Origin: Squalus acanthias
Lineage: Eukaryota
Length of the DNA: 64,000 bases
NCBI GenBank assembly: GCA_030390025.1
Contig: CM059431.1
Coordinates: forward strand, 138,386,001 to 138,450,000
Reading direction: 5' to 3'
Of this stretch, positions 12,635 through 25,089 are shown one piece after another. The notes under the pieces were generated by a model. The model worked only from the letters and a program-made list of their open reading frames with translations. It was not told the DNA's origin and made no database searches. Both the position numbers and the translations under genes were made by a program. Every line of letters begins with the position of its first letter. The stretch's first letter is position 1.

Positions 12635-14290
12635 ACCAATCACACTCACATCTCTGTCTGTACCTCTCTCCATAACCAGGAATCACACTCACATCTCAGT
12701 CTGTACCTCTCTCCATAAACTTCAATCAAACTCACATCTCAGTCTCTACCTGTCCCCATAACCAGGAATCACACTCACATCTCAGTCTGTACCTCTCTCC
12801 ATAACCTCCAATCACACTCCCATCTCAGTCTGTACCTCTCTCCATAACCAGGAATCACACTCACATCTCAGTCTGTACCTGTGCCCATAACCTCCAATCA
12901 CACTCACATCTCAGTCTGTACCTCTCTCCATAAACAGGAATCACACTCCCATCTCAGTCTGTACCTGTCTCCATAACCTCCAATCACACTCACATCTCAG
13001 TCTGTACCTCTCTCCATAACCTACAATCACAGTCACATCTCAGTCTGTACCTCTCTTCATAACCAGGAATCACACCCCCATCTCAGTCTGTACCTGTCCC
13101 CATAACCACCAATCACACTCACATCTCAGTCTGTACCTCTCTCCATAAACAGGAATCACACTCCCATCTCAGTCTGTACCTGTCCCCATAACCTCCAATC
13201 ACACTCACATCTCAGTCTGTACCTCTCTCCATAAACAGGAATCACACTCCCATCTCAGTCTGTACCTGTCCCCATAACCTCCAATCACACTCACATCTCA
13301 GTCTGTACCTGTCTCCACAACCTCCAATCACACTCACAGCTCAGTCTGTACCTGTCCCCATAACCTCCAATCACACTCACATCTCAGTCTGTACCTGTCC
13401 CCATAACCTCCAATCACACTCACATCTCATTCTGTACCTGTCCCCATAACCTCCAATCACACTCACATCTCAGTCTGTACCTTTCTTCATAACCTCCAAT
13501 CACACTCACATCTCAGGCTGTACCTGTTCCCATAACCTCCAATCACACTCACATCTCATTCTGTACCTGCCCCCTTAACCTCCAATCACACTCACATCTC
13601 AGTCTGTACCTGTCCCCAAATCTCCAATCACACTCACATCTCAGTCTGTACCTCTCTCCATAAACTCCAATCACACTCACATCTCAGTCTGTACCTCTCT
13701 CCATAACCTCCAATCACACTCACATCTCAGTCTGTACCTCTCTCCATAACCTCCAATCACACTCACATCTCAGTCTGTACCTCTCTCCATAACCAGGAAT
13801 CACACTCCCATCTCAGTCTGTACCTCTCTCCATAACCTCCAATCACACTCCCATCTCAGTCTGTACCTGTCCCCATAACCTCCAATCACACTCACATCTC
13901 AGTCCATACCTCTCTACATAACCTCCAATTACACTCACATCTCAGTCTGTACCTCTCTCCATAACCAGGAATCACACTCCCATCTCAGTCTGTACCTGTC
14001 CCTATAACCTCCAATCACACTCACATCTCAGACTGTACCAGTCCCTATAAACTGCAGTCACACTCACATCTCAGTCTATAACTGTCGCTGTAACATCCAA
14101 TCACACTCACATCTCAGTCTATAACTGTCGCTATAACATCCAATCATACTCACATCTCAGTCTGTAACTTTCGCTATAACATCCAATCACACTCACATCT
14201 CAGTCTGTACCTGTCCCTCTAACCTCCAATCACTCTCACATCTCAGTCTGTACCTGTCCCTATAACCTCCAATCACACCCAATCTGTATC
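12635..14290. repeat. 43-bp intronic minisatellite
   Basis: Unit aatcacactcacatctcagtctgtacctctctccataacctcc. Confidence 0.97.
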
Positions 14291-14377
14291 TCCCGCCATA
14301 ACCTCCAGCCTCATTCTCACCTCATTCTGCTTTAATCGCAACAATTTCCGGTTCTATTCCCATAACAGTCGGCGGCT

Positions 14378-14650
14378 CCCCATAACCTCCAATCCCACTG
14401 CCTTCTCAGTTCATAACTGTCCCTGTAAACACCAATAGAATTACTTTCACAGTTTGTATCTCTCCCCATAACCTCCAATCCCACTGCCTTCTCAGTTCAT
14501 ACATGTCCCTGTAAACACCAATAGAATTAATCTCACAGTTTGTATCTCTCCCCATAACCTCCAATCCCACTGCCTTCTCAGTTCATACATGTCCCTGTAA
14601 ACACCAATAGAATTACTCTCACAGTTTGTATCTCTCCCCATAACCTCCAA
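14378..14650. repeat. 86-bp tandem repeat (3 units), diverged dimer of the 43-bp unit
   Basis: cataacctccaa recurs at 14381, 14467, 14553 and 14639. Confidence 0.85.
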
Positions 14651-14879
14651 ACACATTAAAGTGCAAATATTTATCCAGCACTTTTTAGAAGAACCAATTG
14701 ACTCCAGGCCTAAAGGGAATTGGAATGCTGACTCCTGGTTTATAAAGGCAATGATTTATGATTATATCCGTGAAATAAACCATTGTAGCATGTATTTATT
14801 CATCTATTATTATCTATGTTATTTATCAAGAAAGGCTGGTCTCGCTGGGGCTCTTTCATCTGGAAAAGAGATGATTGAG

Positions 14880-15570
14880 AAGTGAGCTAACAGAGCTCTT
14901 TAAAATGATGAAGTGTTTCTACAGGGTAGAAGTAGAGTAGATGTTTCCACTTGTAGAGGAGATTATAATTAGGGACCATAAATATAAGGTAGTCGATACT
15001 TCTTCTTTCGTATGGTAGTAGCAAAGCAAATCCAATGTCAATATCTAAATCAGATATCAATGCCAAAAATTCCAGTATAACAGCGTGGATTTCTTACAAC
15101 GAAGGTTCACCAGACTGGTTCCTGGGATGGGGGGATTGTCCTATGACGTCTGATTGACTAGACTAGGACAATATTCTCTAGAGTTTAGAAGAATGAGAGA
15201 TGATCTAATTGAAACATACAACATTCTTACAGGGCTTGACTGGGTAGATGTAGGGAGGATGTTTCCCCTGGCTGGGGAGTCCAGAACCAGGGGTCACAGT
15301 CTCAAAATAAGGGGTCTGCCATTTAGGACTGAAATGAGAAGAAATGTCTTCACTCAGAGGGTGGCGAATCTTTGGAATTGGCTGAGTCGTTGAGTACATT
15401 CAAGACAGAGATCGATAGATTTTTGAATATTAAGGGAATCAAGAGATATGGGGATAATGCAGGAAAGTTGAGATGAGGTAGATGTACAGCAAAAATCTTA
15501 TTGAATTGTGGAGCAGGCTCGAAGAACCAAATGGCCTAATCCTGCTCCTATTTCTTATGTTCTTATTTAT
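14880..15570 (+). mobile_element. CR1 LINE 3' fragments
   Basis: ORF 15154 YSLEFRRMRDDLIETYNILTGLD...FRTEMRRN; tail cctgctcctatttcttatgttcttat. Confidence 0.85.
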
Positions 15571-15589
15571 GCTGCCTACGAATTTCCTC

Positions 15590-16025
15590 TGAGGGCAGTG
15601 CAAATGCTGTTCTCCAGGGTCTGATTAGGAGCTTCACAGTCTGCCTCATGATGGGGATGTTTTAATCTTCCATCTAATTAGAAGGTGGCGACCGGTTCTG
15701 AGGCGGTTGATGGTTGTCCACTGTTTGCGAGGAAGGTTTGATCCTTCAGGTTGTACTCTGGGATCCTCTATAAGCAATCCATTCCGTACGTCACAACGTT
15801 TCCAAGCATTTCGCCATCAGTCATCAAGGCTGAGGGGAGATCGCTGAAGGGCTTTGGCGACGGTCCAATATAGCCTTCTAGATTAGAGACGGTTTGGTGC
15901 TAGATTGTTCAAGTCGGCCTGGATTGGCATGTCTTTGCTGGTGTAGCGGTTGTATTCTATGGACACTGCATATTCGCGGCTTAGGTGTGGTGGTGTGATG
16001 TTTGCAAGCACGGGCAGCCAAGGTG
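15590..16025 (-). mobile_element. C-terminal fragment of a non-CR1 LINE (I-group/Vingi-like)
   Basis: Minus strand reads WLPVLANITPPHLSR and WTTINRLRTG...W...DCEAPNQT, resembling the C-terminus and Zn-knuckle of such elements; clade assignment from memory. Confidence 0.5.
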
Positions 16026-16559
16026 TTGGTGTCGATAAAATCGTACTGGTGATAATTCTCATAGTAGAATTCAGCTGGACATCATCGGATTTGTCATGTG
16101 TACTTGATAGCCATGCCGGAGAGCATTAGTCCGCTGTAGATTCACTACTAAAAAACAATGGGGGATTCAGGAGAAACTTATTTTCCCGAAGAGTGGCGAG
16201 AATGTGGAAATTGCTAACACATGAGAAGTTGAGGCGAATTGTATAGATGTATTTAAGGCGAAGTTAGACAAGTTCATGAGGGAGAAAGGAATAAGCTCCC
16301 TCGGGTAAGCTGCTCGACTGAGATGAAGTAAGGTAGGAGGAGGCTCATGTGGAGCATAATTAGACCTGTTGGGCCGAATAGCCTCCTTCTGTGCTGTAAA
16401 TTCTACACCAATTCTATTTATTCATTTAAATCCTTGGCCTGATTTCTGGCACGCAGAGAGGATCGGGGACGAACTAGTGAGGAATTCTCAAATCTGTTGC
16501 TCCCGTTTGTCAGATGTGGAGCATATCACTAAGATTGGAGACTGTCACTGTATTTACAG

Positions 16560-16715
16560 AAAACGCTGGATATGCTCTAAAGGCCTTTACTGAAGCCAGC
16601 CTGGCGATCCTGGCGCTGTGTCAGGAGGAGGAACTTGTCCCGGGCTTTCTCATTCATAATTTCATCCGGGCTCATCTCAGGAAGATCGCTCATCACGGGA
16701 AAGAATTAACAGTAG
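16560..16715 (+). CDS. Exon 4, transcobalamin-family alpha domain
   Basis: tatttacag| acceptor, G|gtatgt donor, 156 nt; ASLAILALCQ matches the xLxILALC motif; ends LTV, leading into the D-T of exon 5. Confidence 0.9.
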
Positions 16716-16756
16716 GTATGTCTGAGCAGACAAGATGTTTCATTTTATAGTTTCAA

Positions 16757-18345
16757 AAATATCCATTTGATGGAGTTTTTAAAGAGGTTACCTGGGTTCA
16801 CAGGTTATGGTCGGTGAAGATATCCATTTGATGGAGTTTTGAAAGCGGTTACCCGGGGGGTTCAGAGGTTACGGTTAGTGAAGATATCCATTTGATGTAG
16901 TTTTGAAAGAGGTTACCTGAGTTCACAGGTTACGGTCGGTGAAGATATCCATTTGATGGAGTTTTAGAAAGAGGTTACCGGGGTTCACAGGTTACGGTCG
17001 GTTAAGATATATATTTGATGGAGTTATAGAAAGAGGTTATCTGGGTTCACAGGTGACGGTCAGTGAAGATATCCATTTGATGCAGTTTTGAAAGAGGTTA
17101 CCTGTGTTCACAGGTTACAGTCGATGAAGATATCCATTTGATGGAGTTTTGAAAGAGGTTACCTGTGTTCACAGGTTACGGTCGGTGAAGATATCCATTT
17201 GATGCAGTTTTGAAAGAGGTTACCTGTGTTCACAGGTTACGGTCGGTGAAGATATCCATTTGATGGAGTTTTGAATGAGGTTACCTGGGTTCACAGGTTA
17301 CGGTCGGTGAAGATATCCATTTGATGGCATTTTGAATGAGGTTACCAGGGTTCACAGGTTACGGTCGATGAAGATATCCATTTGTTGGATTTGTAGAAAG
17401 AGGTTACCGGGGATCACAGGTTATGGTCGGTGACGATATCCATTTGATGGAGTTTTGAAAGTGGTTACCTGGGTTCAGAGGTTACGGTCGATGAAGATAT
17501 CCATTTGATGGAGTTTTGAATGAGGTTACCAGGGTTCACAGGTTACGGTCGGTGAAGATATCCATTTGATGGAGTTTTGAATGAGGTTACTGGGGTTCAC
17601 AGGTTACGGTTAGTGAAGATATCCATTTGATGGAGTTATAGAAAGAGGTTACCGGTGTTCACAGATTACAGTCAGTGAAGATATCCATTTGATGCAGTTT
17701 TGAAAGAGGTTACCTGGGTTAACAGGTTACGGTCGGTGAAGATATCCATTTGGTGGAGTTTTGAATGAGGTTACCTGGGTTCACGGGTTACGATTGGTGA
17801 AGATATCAATTTGATGGAGTTCTGAAAGAGGTTACCTGTGTTCACAGGTTATGGTCGGTGAAGATATCCATTTGGTGGAGTTTTGAAAGAGGTTACCTGG
17901 GTTAACAGGTTACGATTGGTGAAGATATCCATTTGATGGAGTTTTGAATGAGGTTACCTGGGTTCACAGGTTACGCTTGGTGAAGATATCCATTTGATGG
18001 AGTTTTGAATGAGGTTACCTGGGTTCACAGGTTATGGTCGGTGAAGATATCCATTTGATGGAGTTCTGAAAGAGGTTACCGGGGTTCACAGGTTACGGTC
18101 GGTGAAGATATCCATTTGATGCAGTTTTGAAAGAGGTTACCTGTGTTCCCAGGTTACGGTCGGTGAAGATATCCATTTGATGGAGTTTTGAATGAGGTTA
18201 GCTGGTTTCACGGGTTACGGTCGGTGAAGATATCCATTTGATGCAGTTTTGAAAGAGGTTACTGGGTTCACCGGTTACGTTTGGTGAAGATATCCATTTG
18301 ATGGAGTTCGGAAAGAGTTTACTTGCGTTCACCGGTTACGATTGA
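16757..18345. repeat. 61-bp intronic minisatellite
   Basis: Unit atatccatttgatggagttttgaaagaggttacctgggttcacaggttacggtcggtgaag, about 26 copies. Confidence 0.97.
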
Positions 18346-18828
18346 TGAAGAGTGCTGGGAGGGAGTCCATTGGACACCGGTTGTGAGGAAAATGATGGGA
18401 AATTTGGGAAGCATCTCTTCATCCATGGGTGATCGGATCGCTTGTGCATAGGAGGCTTCGGATATCATAGAATCATCTAAACTTATAGAAGGAGGCCTGT
18501 CGGCCAATCGTACCTGTGGTGGCTCTTTGAAATAGCTCCCCAATTAATCCCACTCTCCCTTCTCTTTCCCCATAGGCCAGAACCCTGTATTTGTATCCTT
18601 ATCAAGTATATATCAAATTTCCTTTTCAAAGTCACCATTGAATCTGCTTCCATCACCCGTTCAGGCAGTGCATTCCAGATTATAACAACTCCCTGTGTAA
18701 AGAAACAAAAATGACTCCCCATCTCCCCTCAGATTCTTTTGCCAATATCGTACATCTGTGTCCTCTCGTTACCGACCCTCCTGTCAAATTTACTCATGAA
18801 CCGATGGTAATTGTTTCCTGTGTTGTAG

Positions 18829-19004
18829 ATACAATGGCCACCGCGGCACTTAGTCTGAGGTGTTTATTACACTCGCAACAACCAAGAGGCAGATCTCGGC
18901 TTGACATCGCAAAGGCTTTAATGTGGATAATGAGGCGGATTCTAAGTGAAGTGAGAGAGGACGGGACCATTGGGAGCTTGAGCAGTACAGGGCTGGCCAT
19001 GCAG
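18829..19004 (+). CDS. Exon 5, transcobalamin-family alpha domain
   Basis: ttcctgtgttgtag| acceptor, CAG|gtattg donor; DTMATAALSLRCL...ILSEVREDGTIGSLSSTGLAMQ matches VDTxAMAxLAxxC and GxxGNxYSTGLAMQ. Confidence 0.92.
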
Positions 19005-19944
19005 GTATTGTGATGTGAAATTAGAAAATAGGATTCTGATTTAATTAGAGCTAAGGGCAGTTAGTAATTAACAGCTTCTTCACAACATATTAAGCGATAG
19101 ACCTTAAACAATTAGAGCATAGAAACGATTTTGCAGTATTGGTGTATCGGTGTTTAATGTGTTCAGATGACGTTCAGTGTGAAGTATTGCAAGTAGTGGA
19201 AGATTCTGAGACACCTCGATATCTTTCATGGGATAGAACTCGCCAGGAGCGGAGGGCATTGGTTAAAATAGATTTAAGGGATGATTTTAACTTTTGGTGA
19301 AGGTGTAAAATGGGTAATATCCAATTGCTCTTCAATTTACAGGCGCCAGATTTTACCTTCCATGGATTCAATGCAAAGGAAAATCGGGCATGGTATACAA
19401 TGGCCGGTTAATTCAAAATTGGCCATTGTACATCATCGCTCACAGTTAAAGTAATCACAACAGAATGCGAATGATTCAATGTTCATCAAATCAATACACT
19501 GAAGTGGCGATAAACAATGTAAACAGGATGTTGAGTTATATTGAGAAACTGGTTGACTTCAAATTCCAAGAGGACAATCTTTAAATGGAATGTTCAGTAC
19601 AGAAACAGGTCATTCGTGTGTTTGTGGGCCACACGAGGCTCCTCCCGCCCTACTAACCCTATCACCATATCCTTCTATTCCTTTCTCCTTCATATATATT
19701 TCCCTTAAATCAATCTTTGTTATTCGCTTCCTATGCTACTCCTTGTGATAGCGAGTTACAACTTCTATCCACTCTCTAGTGAAGAAGTTTCTCCTAAATT
19801 CCTTGTTGGGTTTATGAGTGGCTATCTTATATGTATGGACCCTAGTTTTGGACTCACCCTGCAAGTGGAGACATCTTCTCTACGTTTACCTTATGAAATC
19901 CATTCATAATTTTGAAGAGCTCTTTTAGTTTACCTTTCAGTAAT

Positions 19945-20660
19945 AGAATCATAGAGTAATAGATTCATAACGGCACAGAACGAGGCCATTCGGCCCATCG
20001 AGTCCAATCCGGCTCTCTGTAGAACATCCAGTCAGTCCCATTCCCCCGCTCCATCCCCGTAGCCCTGCAAGTTTATTCCATCAAGTGCCTACCCAGTCTC
20101 CCCGTGAAAGCATTGAGTGTCTCCGCTTCCACAACTTTCGTCGGCAGCGAATTCCAGGTCTTCGCCACTCGCCGCATAAAAAATGTTTTTCCTCACATCC
20201 CCCATTGTACCTCTTGCACAAAACCTTAAATCTTTGTCCCCTAGTCCTTGTACCATCAACTAGTGGGATAAGCCTTTCCCCGTCTAGCCTATCCAAACCC
20301 GTCATAATCTTGTAAATCGCCATCAAATCATCCCTCAACCTCCTTTGCTCTAATGAAAACAAATCCAACTTCTCCAAACTGTCCTTGTAGCTAAGATACC
20401 CCATCCCCGGAACCATTATGGTAAATCTCCTCTGCATTCTCTCAAGGTCCTTCATATCCTTCCTAAACTGTGGTGACCACAACTGGATGCAACACGCCAG
20501 TTGTGGTCTAACCAGCGCTTCAAAGAGGCTGAGCATAACTTTTCTACTTTTCTACTCAATACCTTTATTTATGACATTGGCATTGCTAACCACTCTCTCA
20601 ATATGTCCTGCCACCTTCAGGGAACTATGACATTAACTCCCACGTCCCTGGGTCACTGCA
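19945..20660 (-). mobile_element. CR1 LINE 3' fragment (intron 5)
   Basis: ORF 20081-20536(-) ALVRPQLACCIQLWSP...FSLEQRRLRDDL. Similar tail fragments at 18465-18790 and 19590-19940. Confidence 0.85.
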
Positions 20661-20845
20661 CACTCTTTAAGGTGTAAAACGGGTGATGGCGAATCTGCAG
20701 CCCGATCTCTCCCGATTTTTATTTCCATTCAATCCCACTTTATATTACGGTGCTTTGAAACAGAGTTCATATGTGCTCAGACTAAATGATCTCCGGATCA
20801 TTAAAATTAAAAATTAAAATTAGTGTTACTTTCTTTACACTGCAG

Positions 20846-21038
20846 GCCCTGGACGAAAACATAAACGTGTTCACCTCACGTGTCTATAATTGCACCAAAT
20901 CTGTGCAGAAAATGGTGCATGAAATTTCTCGGGGAAACTGGGAAAACCTTACAACAATGTCACAGGTGGCGATAGCCCTGGGAGGAAAAAGTTACCTGGA
21001 CGTGAACAAGATAACCTGTCCTGTATATAAAGGGAAGG
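20846..21038 (+). CDS. Exon 6, end of transcobalamin-family alpha domain
   Basis: ttctttacactgcag| acceptor; ALDE...YNCTKSV...GNWENLTTMSQVAIALGGKSYLDVNKITC matches the GxFxNxxxxxQxxPxLxGKTYLDV..xC motif. The donor G|gtacag is weak but gives the phase 1 needed for exon 7. Confidence 0.85.
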
Positions 21039-21071
21039 GTACAGCAACAGACCGGACTAAGTATGGGGGAC

Positions 21072-21250
21072 GGTGAAATTCGACATTGGCCAGTTCGCAA
21101 AACGTACGGTGTTGCATCAGGTGTCCGATATCCGCTCCCCCCCATATTCGGTCCCATTGACTTCAAAAGAACTGGATATCGGGCGTGTCCATAATGGTTG
21201 GTGAGAGCGATTCCTCCTGTCTCGCGTCCCCATCCTTATCGAATTTCACC
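21072..21250. mobile_element. Palindromic MITE-like element
   Basis: Perfect 12-bp terminal inverted repeat ggtgaaattcga/tcgaatttcacc with an internally self-complementary body. Confidence 0.65.
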
Positions 21251-22263
21251 ACGCCTCTCAGCTTTAAGAACTCCCTAGGAGGGGTTAATAAGGGAGAATG
21301 TGGCGGGAAGGTTACACGGCCCGAACAAAAACTGCAACGAAAATAACGGAAGGAAAATTGGGCAGGTTTCGTTCCCAGAATGCAAAGCTCAGCTCCAGAA
21401 TTTCCTGGATGCGCTGCTCCCAGGCTGTACAGATGGGAAGCTACTCACATTGGGTTAGGAATCAAAATGAAGAAGAAATAGCAAATGAAAATGAATCCTG
21501 GAAGGATAGAGTGTAGAATTAGGCCATTCGACCCATAGTGCCTGTGTCGGCGCTTCGAAAGAGCAATCCAATTAGTTCCAGTGCCCTGCCCTCTCCCCAT
21601 AGCCCTGCAGTTTTCCTCTATAAATATTTATCCAAATCCCCTTTGAAAGTTACTATTAAATCTGCTTCCACCCCACTTTCAGTCAGTGCATTCCAGATCC
21701 TAACAATTCATCATTGTTAGTTTTAAATCACTGTCCAGTTTCATGATATTTTCTCCTGGGTATTTGCCAGGAGCACTGAAGCGGGGATTTTACCCATTCA
21801 ACCCTTGACCTTCCTGAATCCTTTATGTTTGCTCAGTTTTCTCAGCGAAAAAATTGGAAGCCCTGAGCCATCTGCTTGGCCTCACTCCCAACGGGAGGTT
21901 CACCAATGTAGATATCCTCAGGGATCTTCACATATGACAATGGTCACATTAACTGGAATGCAGAGCTGGTTTGTGCCTGAGCTCCACTTTTCACAGGCGC
22001 TGATTTTGAGCGTGTCTCTAGAAGTTGTGGGTGAAATTGGATAAGTGCAAAGGCGCAAAACAGGCGTTATGTCATCGGTCTCCCGTTTCTTTCTTTATAA
22101 ACCCCGATATTCATTCCACTATTTCCAACAGAACCGGATATCAGGCGTGTTGCAAAACGGCTGGCAAATGCGATTCTCCCTGTTTTCCATCTTTGCCCAA
22201 GTCCAACTTTACTGCCCGTTGCCTCCCATGATCTTTTGACATTGTTTCTCCTACTTCGCACAG

Positions 22264-23108
22264 TGACAACTATGACCAGAGCGCATTCCGCGACCAATGG
22301 GCTGCCGACGCTCACCGAATCCCAGAATCCACTTTCTCTCAACTCCAGGATTGTGAACCACCGCATCAAAAGTACAACCACGTCCATGAGAAGTTCAACT
22401 GCTCCTCGATCGCCCATTCACCCTGCATCAATGGAAACCTCCTCTTCACTTGGTAGAGTAGGTCCACACCCCAGTTCAACAGCACAGCCTCCAACTTCTA
22501 CAGCATCCTTAGGGGCTTTCAGTTTATCCACAATTATGGATTCTTGGATCAGTGCGATTGTGCCCTTCATGACCAGTGTGACCATTCCTATCGTGACCAG
22601 TACGATGGCACCCGTCATGAACAGTGCGACTGTGCCCATCGTGACTAGTGAGACTGTACCCACCGTGACCAGTGAGACTGTGCCCATCGTGACGAGTGAG
22701 ACTGCACCCATCGTGACCAGTAAGACTGTACCCATCGTGACCAGTGAGACTGTGCCCGCCGTGACCAGTAAGACTGTACCCATCGTGATCAGTGAGACTG
22801 TGCCCATCGTGATCAGTGAGACTGTGCCCATCCTGACCAGTGAGACTGTGCCCGCCGTGACCAGTAAGACTGTACCCATCGTGATCAGTGAGACTGTGCC
22901 CATCGTGACCAGTGAGACTGTACCCATCGTGACCAGTGTGACTGTACCCATCGTGACCAGTGAGAATGTACCCATCGTGATCAGTGAGACTGTGCCCATC
23001 GTGACCAATGAGACTGTACCCATCGTGACCAGTGAGACTCTGCCCATCGTGACCAGTGAGACTGCACCGATCGTGACCAATGAGACTGTACCGATCGTGA
23101 CCAGTTAG
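22264..23108 (+). CDS. Exon 7 open portion: Ser/Thr/Pro-rich mucin-like tail with 8-aa repeats (VTSETVPI), ending at a TAG
   Basis: Pyrimidine-rich acceptor ttgtttctcctacttcgcacag|, phase 1, in frame with ORF 22236-23108. Spliced CDS 70+183+171+156+176+193+845 = 1794 nt = 597 aa + stop. Confidence 0.7.
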
Positions 23109-24200
23109 ACTGTGCCCATCGTGACCAATGAGACTGTGCCCACCGTGACCAGTGAGACTTTGCCCATCGTGATCAGTGAGACTCTGCCCATCGTGAACAG
23201 TGAGACTGTGCCCATCGTCACCAGTGAGAATGTGCCCATCGTGACCAGTGAGACTGTGCCCATCGTGACCACTGAGACTGTGCCCATCGTGACCACTGAG
23301 ACTGTGCCCATCGTGACCAATGAGAATCTGCCCATCGTGACCAGTGAGACTGTGCCCATCGTGACCAATGAGAATCTGCCCATCGTGACCACTGAGACTG
23401 TGCCCATCGTGACCAATGAGAATCTGCCCATCGTGATCAGTGAGACTGTGTCCATCGTGACCAGTGAGACTGTGCCCATCGTGACCAATGAGACTGTGCC
23501 CATCGTGACCACTGAGACTGTGCCCATCGTGACCACTGAGACTGTGCCCATCGTGACCAGTGAGACTGTCCCCATCGTGACCACTGAGACTGTGCCCATC
23601 GTGACCACTGAGACTGTGCCCATCTTGACCACTGAGACTGTGCCCATCGTGTCAGTGAGAATCTGAACATCGTGACCACTGAGACTGTGCCCATCGTGAC
23701 CAGTGAGACTGTGCCCATCGTGACCAGTGAGACTGTGCCCATCGTGACCAGTGAGACTGTGCCCATCGTGACCAATGAGAATCTGCCCATCGTGACCAGT
23801 GACACTGTGCCCATCGTGACCGGTGAGACTCTGCCGATCGTGACCAATGAGACGGTGCCCATCGTGACCAATGAGACGGTGCCCATCGTGACCGGTGAGA
23901 CTCTGCCCATCGTGACCAATGAGACGGTGCCCATCGTGACCGGTGAGACTGTGCCCATCGTGACCAATGAGAATCTGCCCATCGTGACCAGTGAGACTGT
24001 GCCCATCGTGAACAGTGAGACGGTGCCCATCTTGACCGGTGAGACTGTGCCCATCGTGACCAGTGAGACTCTGCCCATCATGACCAGTGAGAATGTGCCC
24101 ATCGTGACCACTGAGACTGTGCCCATCGTGAGCAGTGCGAGTGTGCCCAGACTGACCAGTGAGACTGTACCTATCGTGAGCAGTGCGAGTGTGCCCAGCT
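22560..24200. repeat. 24-bp coding-type tandem repeat
   Basis: Unit gtgaccagtgagactgtgcccatc. Confidence 0.95.
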
Positions 24201-24419
24201 TGTCCAGTGCGAATGTGCCTCCGTCTTCCAACAAGGTAAAGGCACCATCATCGACCTAAAACAACAATGTGTTTCCACCCTCCCTGACAGGTAGAACCAT
24301 GCAACAGTCATCAGCTGTCACTATGAGACCAATGCTGCTTCCGGCTTTACATTCAGCATTGACATTAACTTTTGCGGTGTCTAAAAAATCCAAGGTCAGT
24401 GCTAGAGTCCGTTCATCAT

Positions 24420-24960
24420 CTATAAAGCAGACTACTCCATCCCAGGTGAATACAGCACCATCGACCTCTATAAATCAGACTACACCATCCCAGGTCAATA
24501 CATCACCATCATCGTCTATAAAACAGACTACACCATCCCAGGTCAATACAGCGCCATCATCATCTATAAATCAGACTCCACCATCCCAGGTCAATACAAC
24601 ACCATCATCATCTATAAATGAGACTCCACCATCCCAGGTCAATACAGCACTATCATCATCTATAAAGCAGACTACTCCATCCCAGGTGAATACAGCACCA
24701 TCGACCTCTATAAATCAGACTACAACATCCGAGGTCAATACAGCACCATCATCGTCTATAAAGCAGACTACACCATCCCAGGCCAGTACAGCACCATCAT
24801 CATCTATAAATCAGACTACACCATCCCAGGTCAGTACAGCACCATCATCATCTATTAATTAGGCTACACTATCCCAGTTCAGAATAGTACCACTCTCATC
24901 CACTAATCAGGCTACAGCACTCCAGATCAGTATTACAGCACGTTCATCATCTCTAAGTCA
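24420..24960. repeat. 48-bp coding-type tandem repeat (QTTPSQVNTAPSSSIN)
   Basis: Seen directly; ORF 24269-24862. Confidence 0.9.
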
Positions 24961-25089
24961 GGCTACATCATTCACAGGCCAGTAGAGAAGCAGCTTCATC
25001 ATCTATTGATTCGGATACATCATCTCTCAATTTCAATAGCACCTCACTATATTTCAGCATAGATTCTTCTTCCCTGATGAGAAGAATAG

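Noticed and set aside
16514..16559. Upstream acceptor (tttgtcag|ATG) for exon 4
   Set aside because: Phase 0, incompatible with the phase-1 end of exon 3; the acceptor at 16559 keeps the frame.
22418..24234. Long minus-strand ORFs (VTMGTVSL repeats) and 25231-25875(-)
   Set aside because: Antisense shadows of the plus-strand coding repeats; splice signals, S/T/P composition and polyA signals all favour the plus strand.
24236..24290. Apparent mini-intron (AAG|gtaaag...ccctgacag|) that would remove the TAA at 24257
   Set aside because: Only 55 nt, shorter than typical vertebrate introns, and not a multiple of 3, so it would shift the frame; it also lies downstream of earlier lesions.
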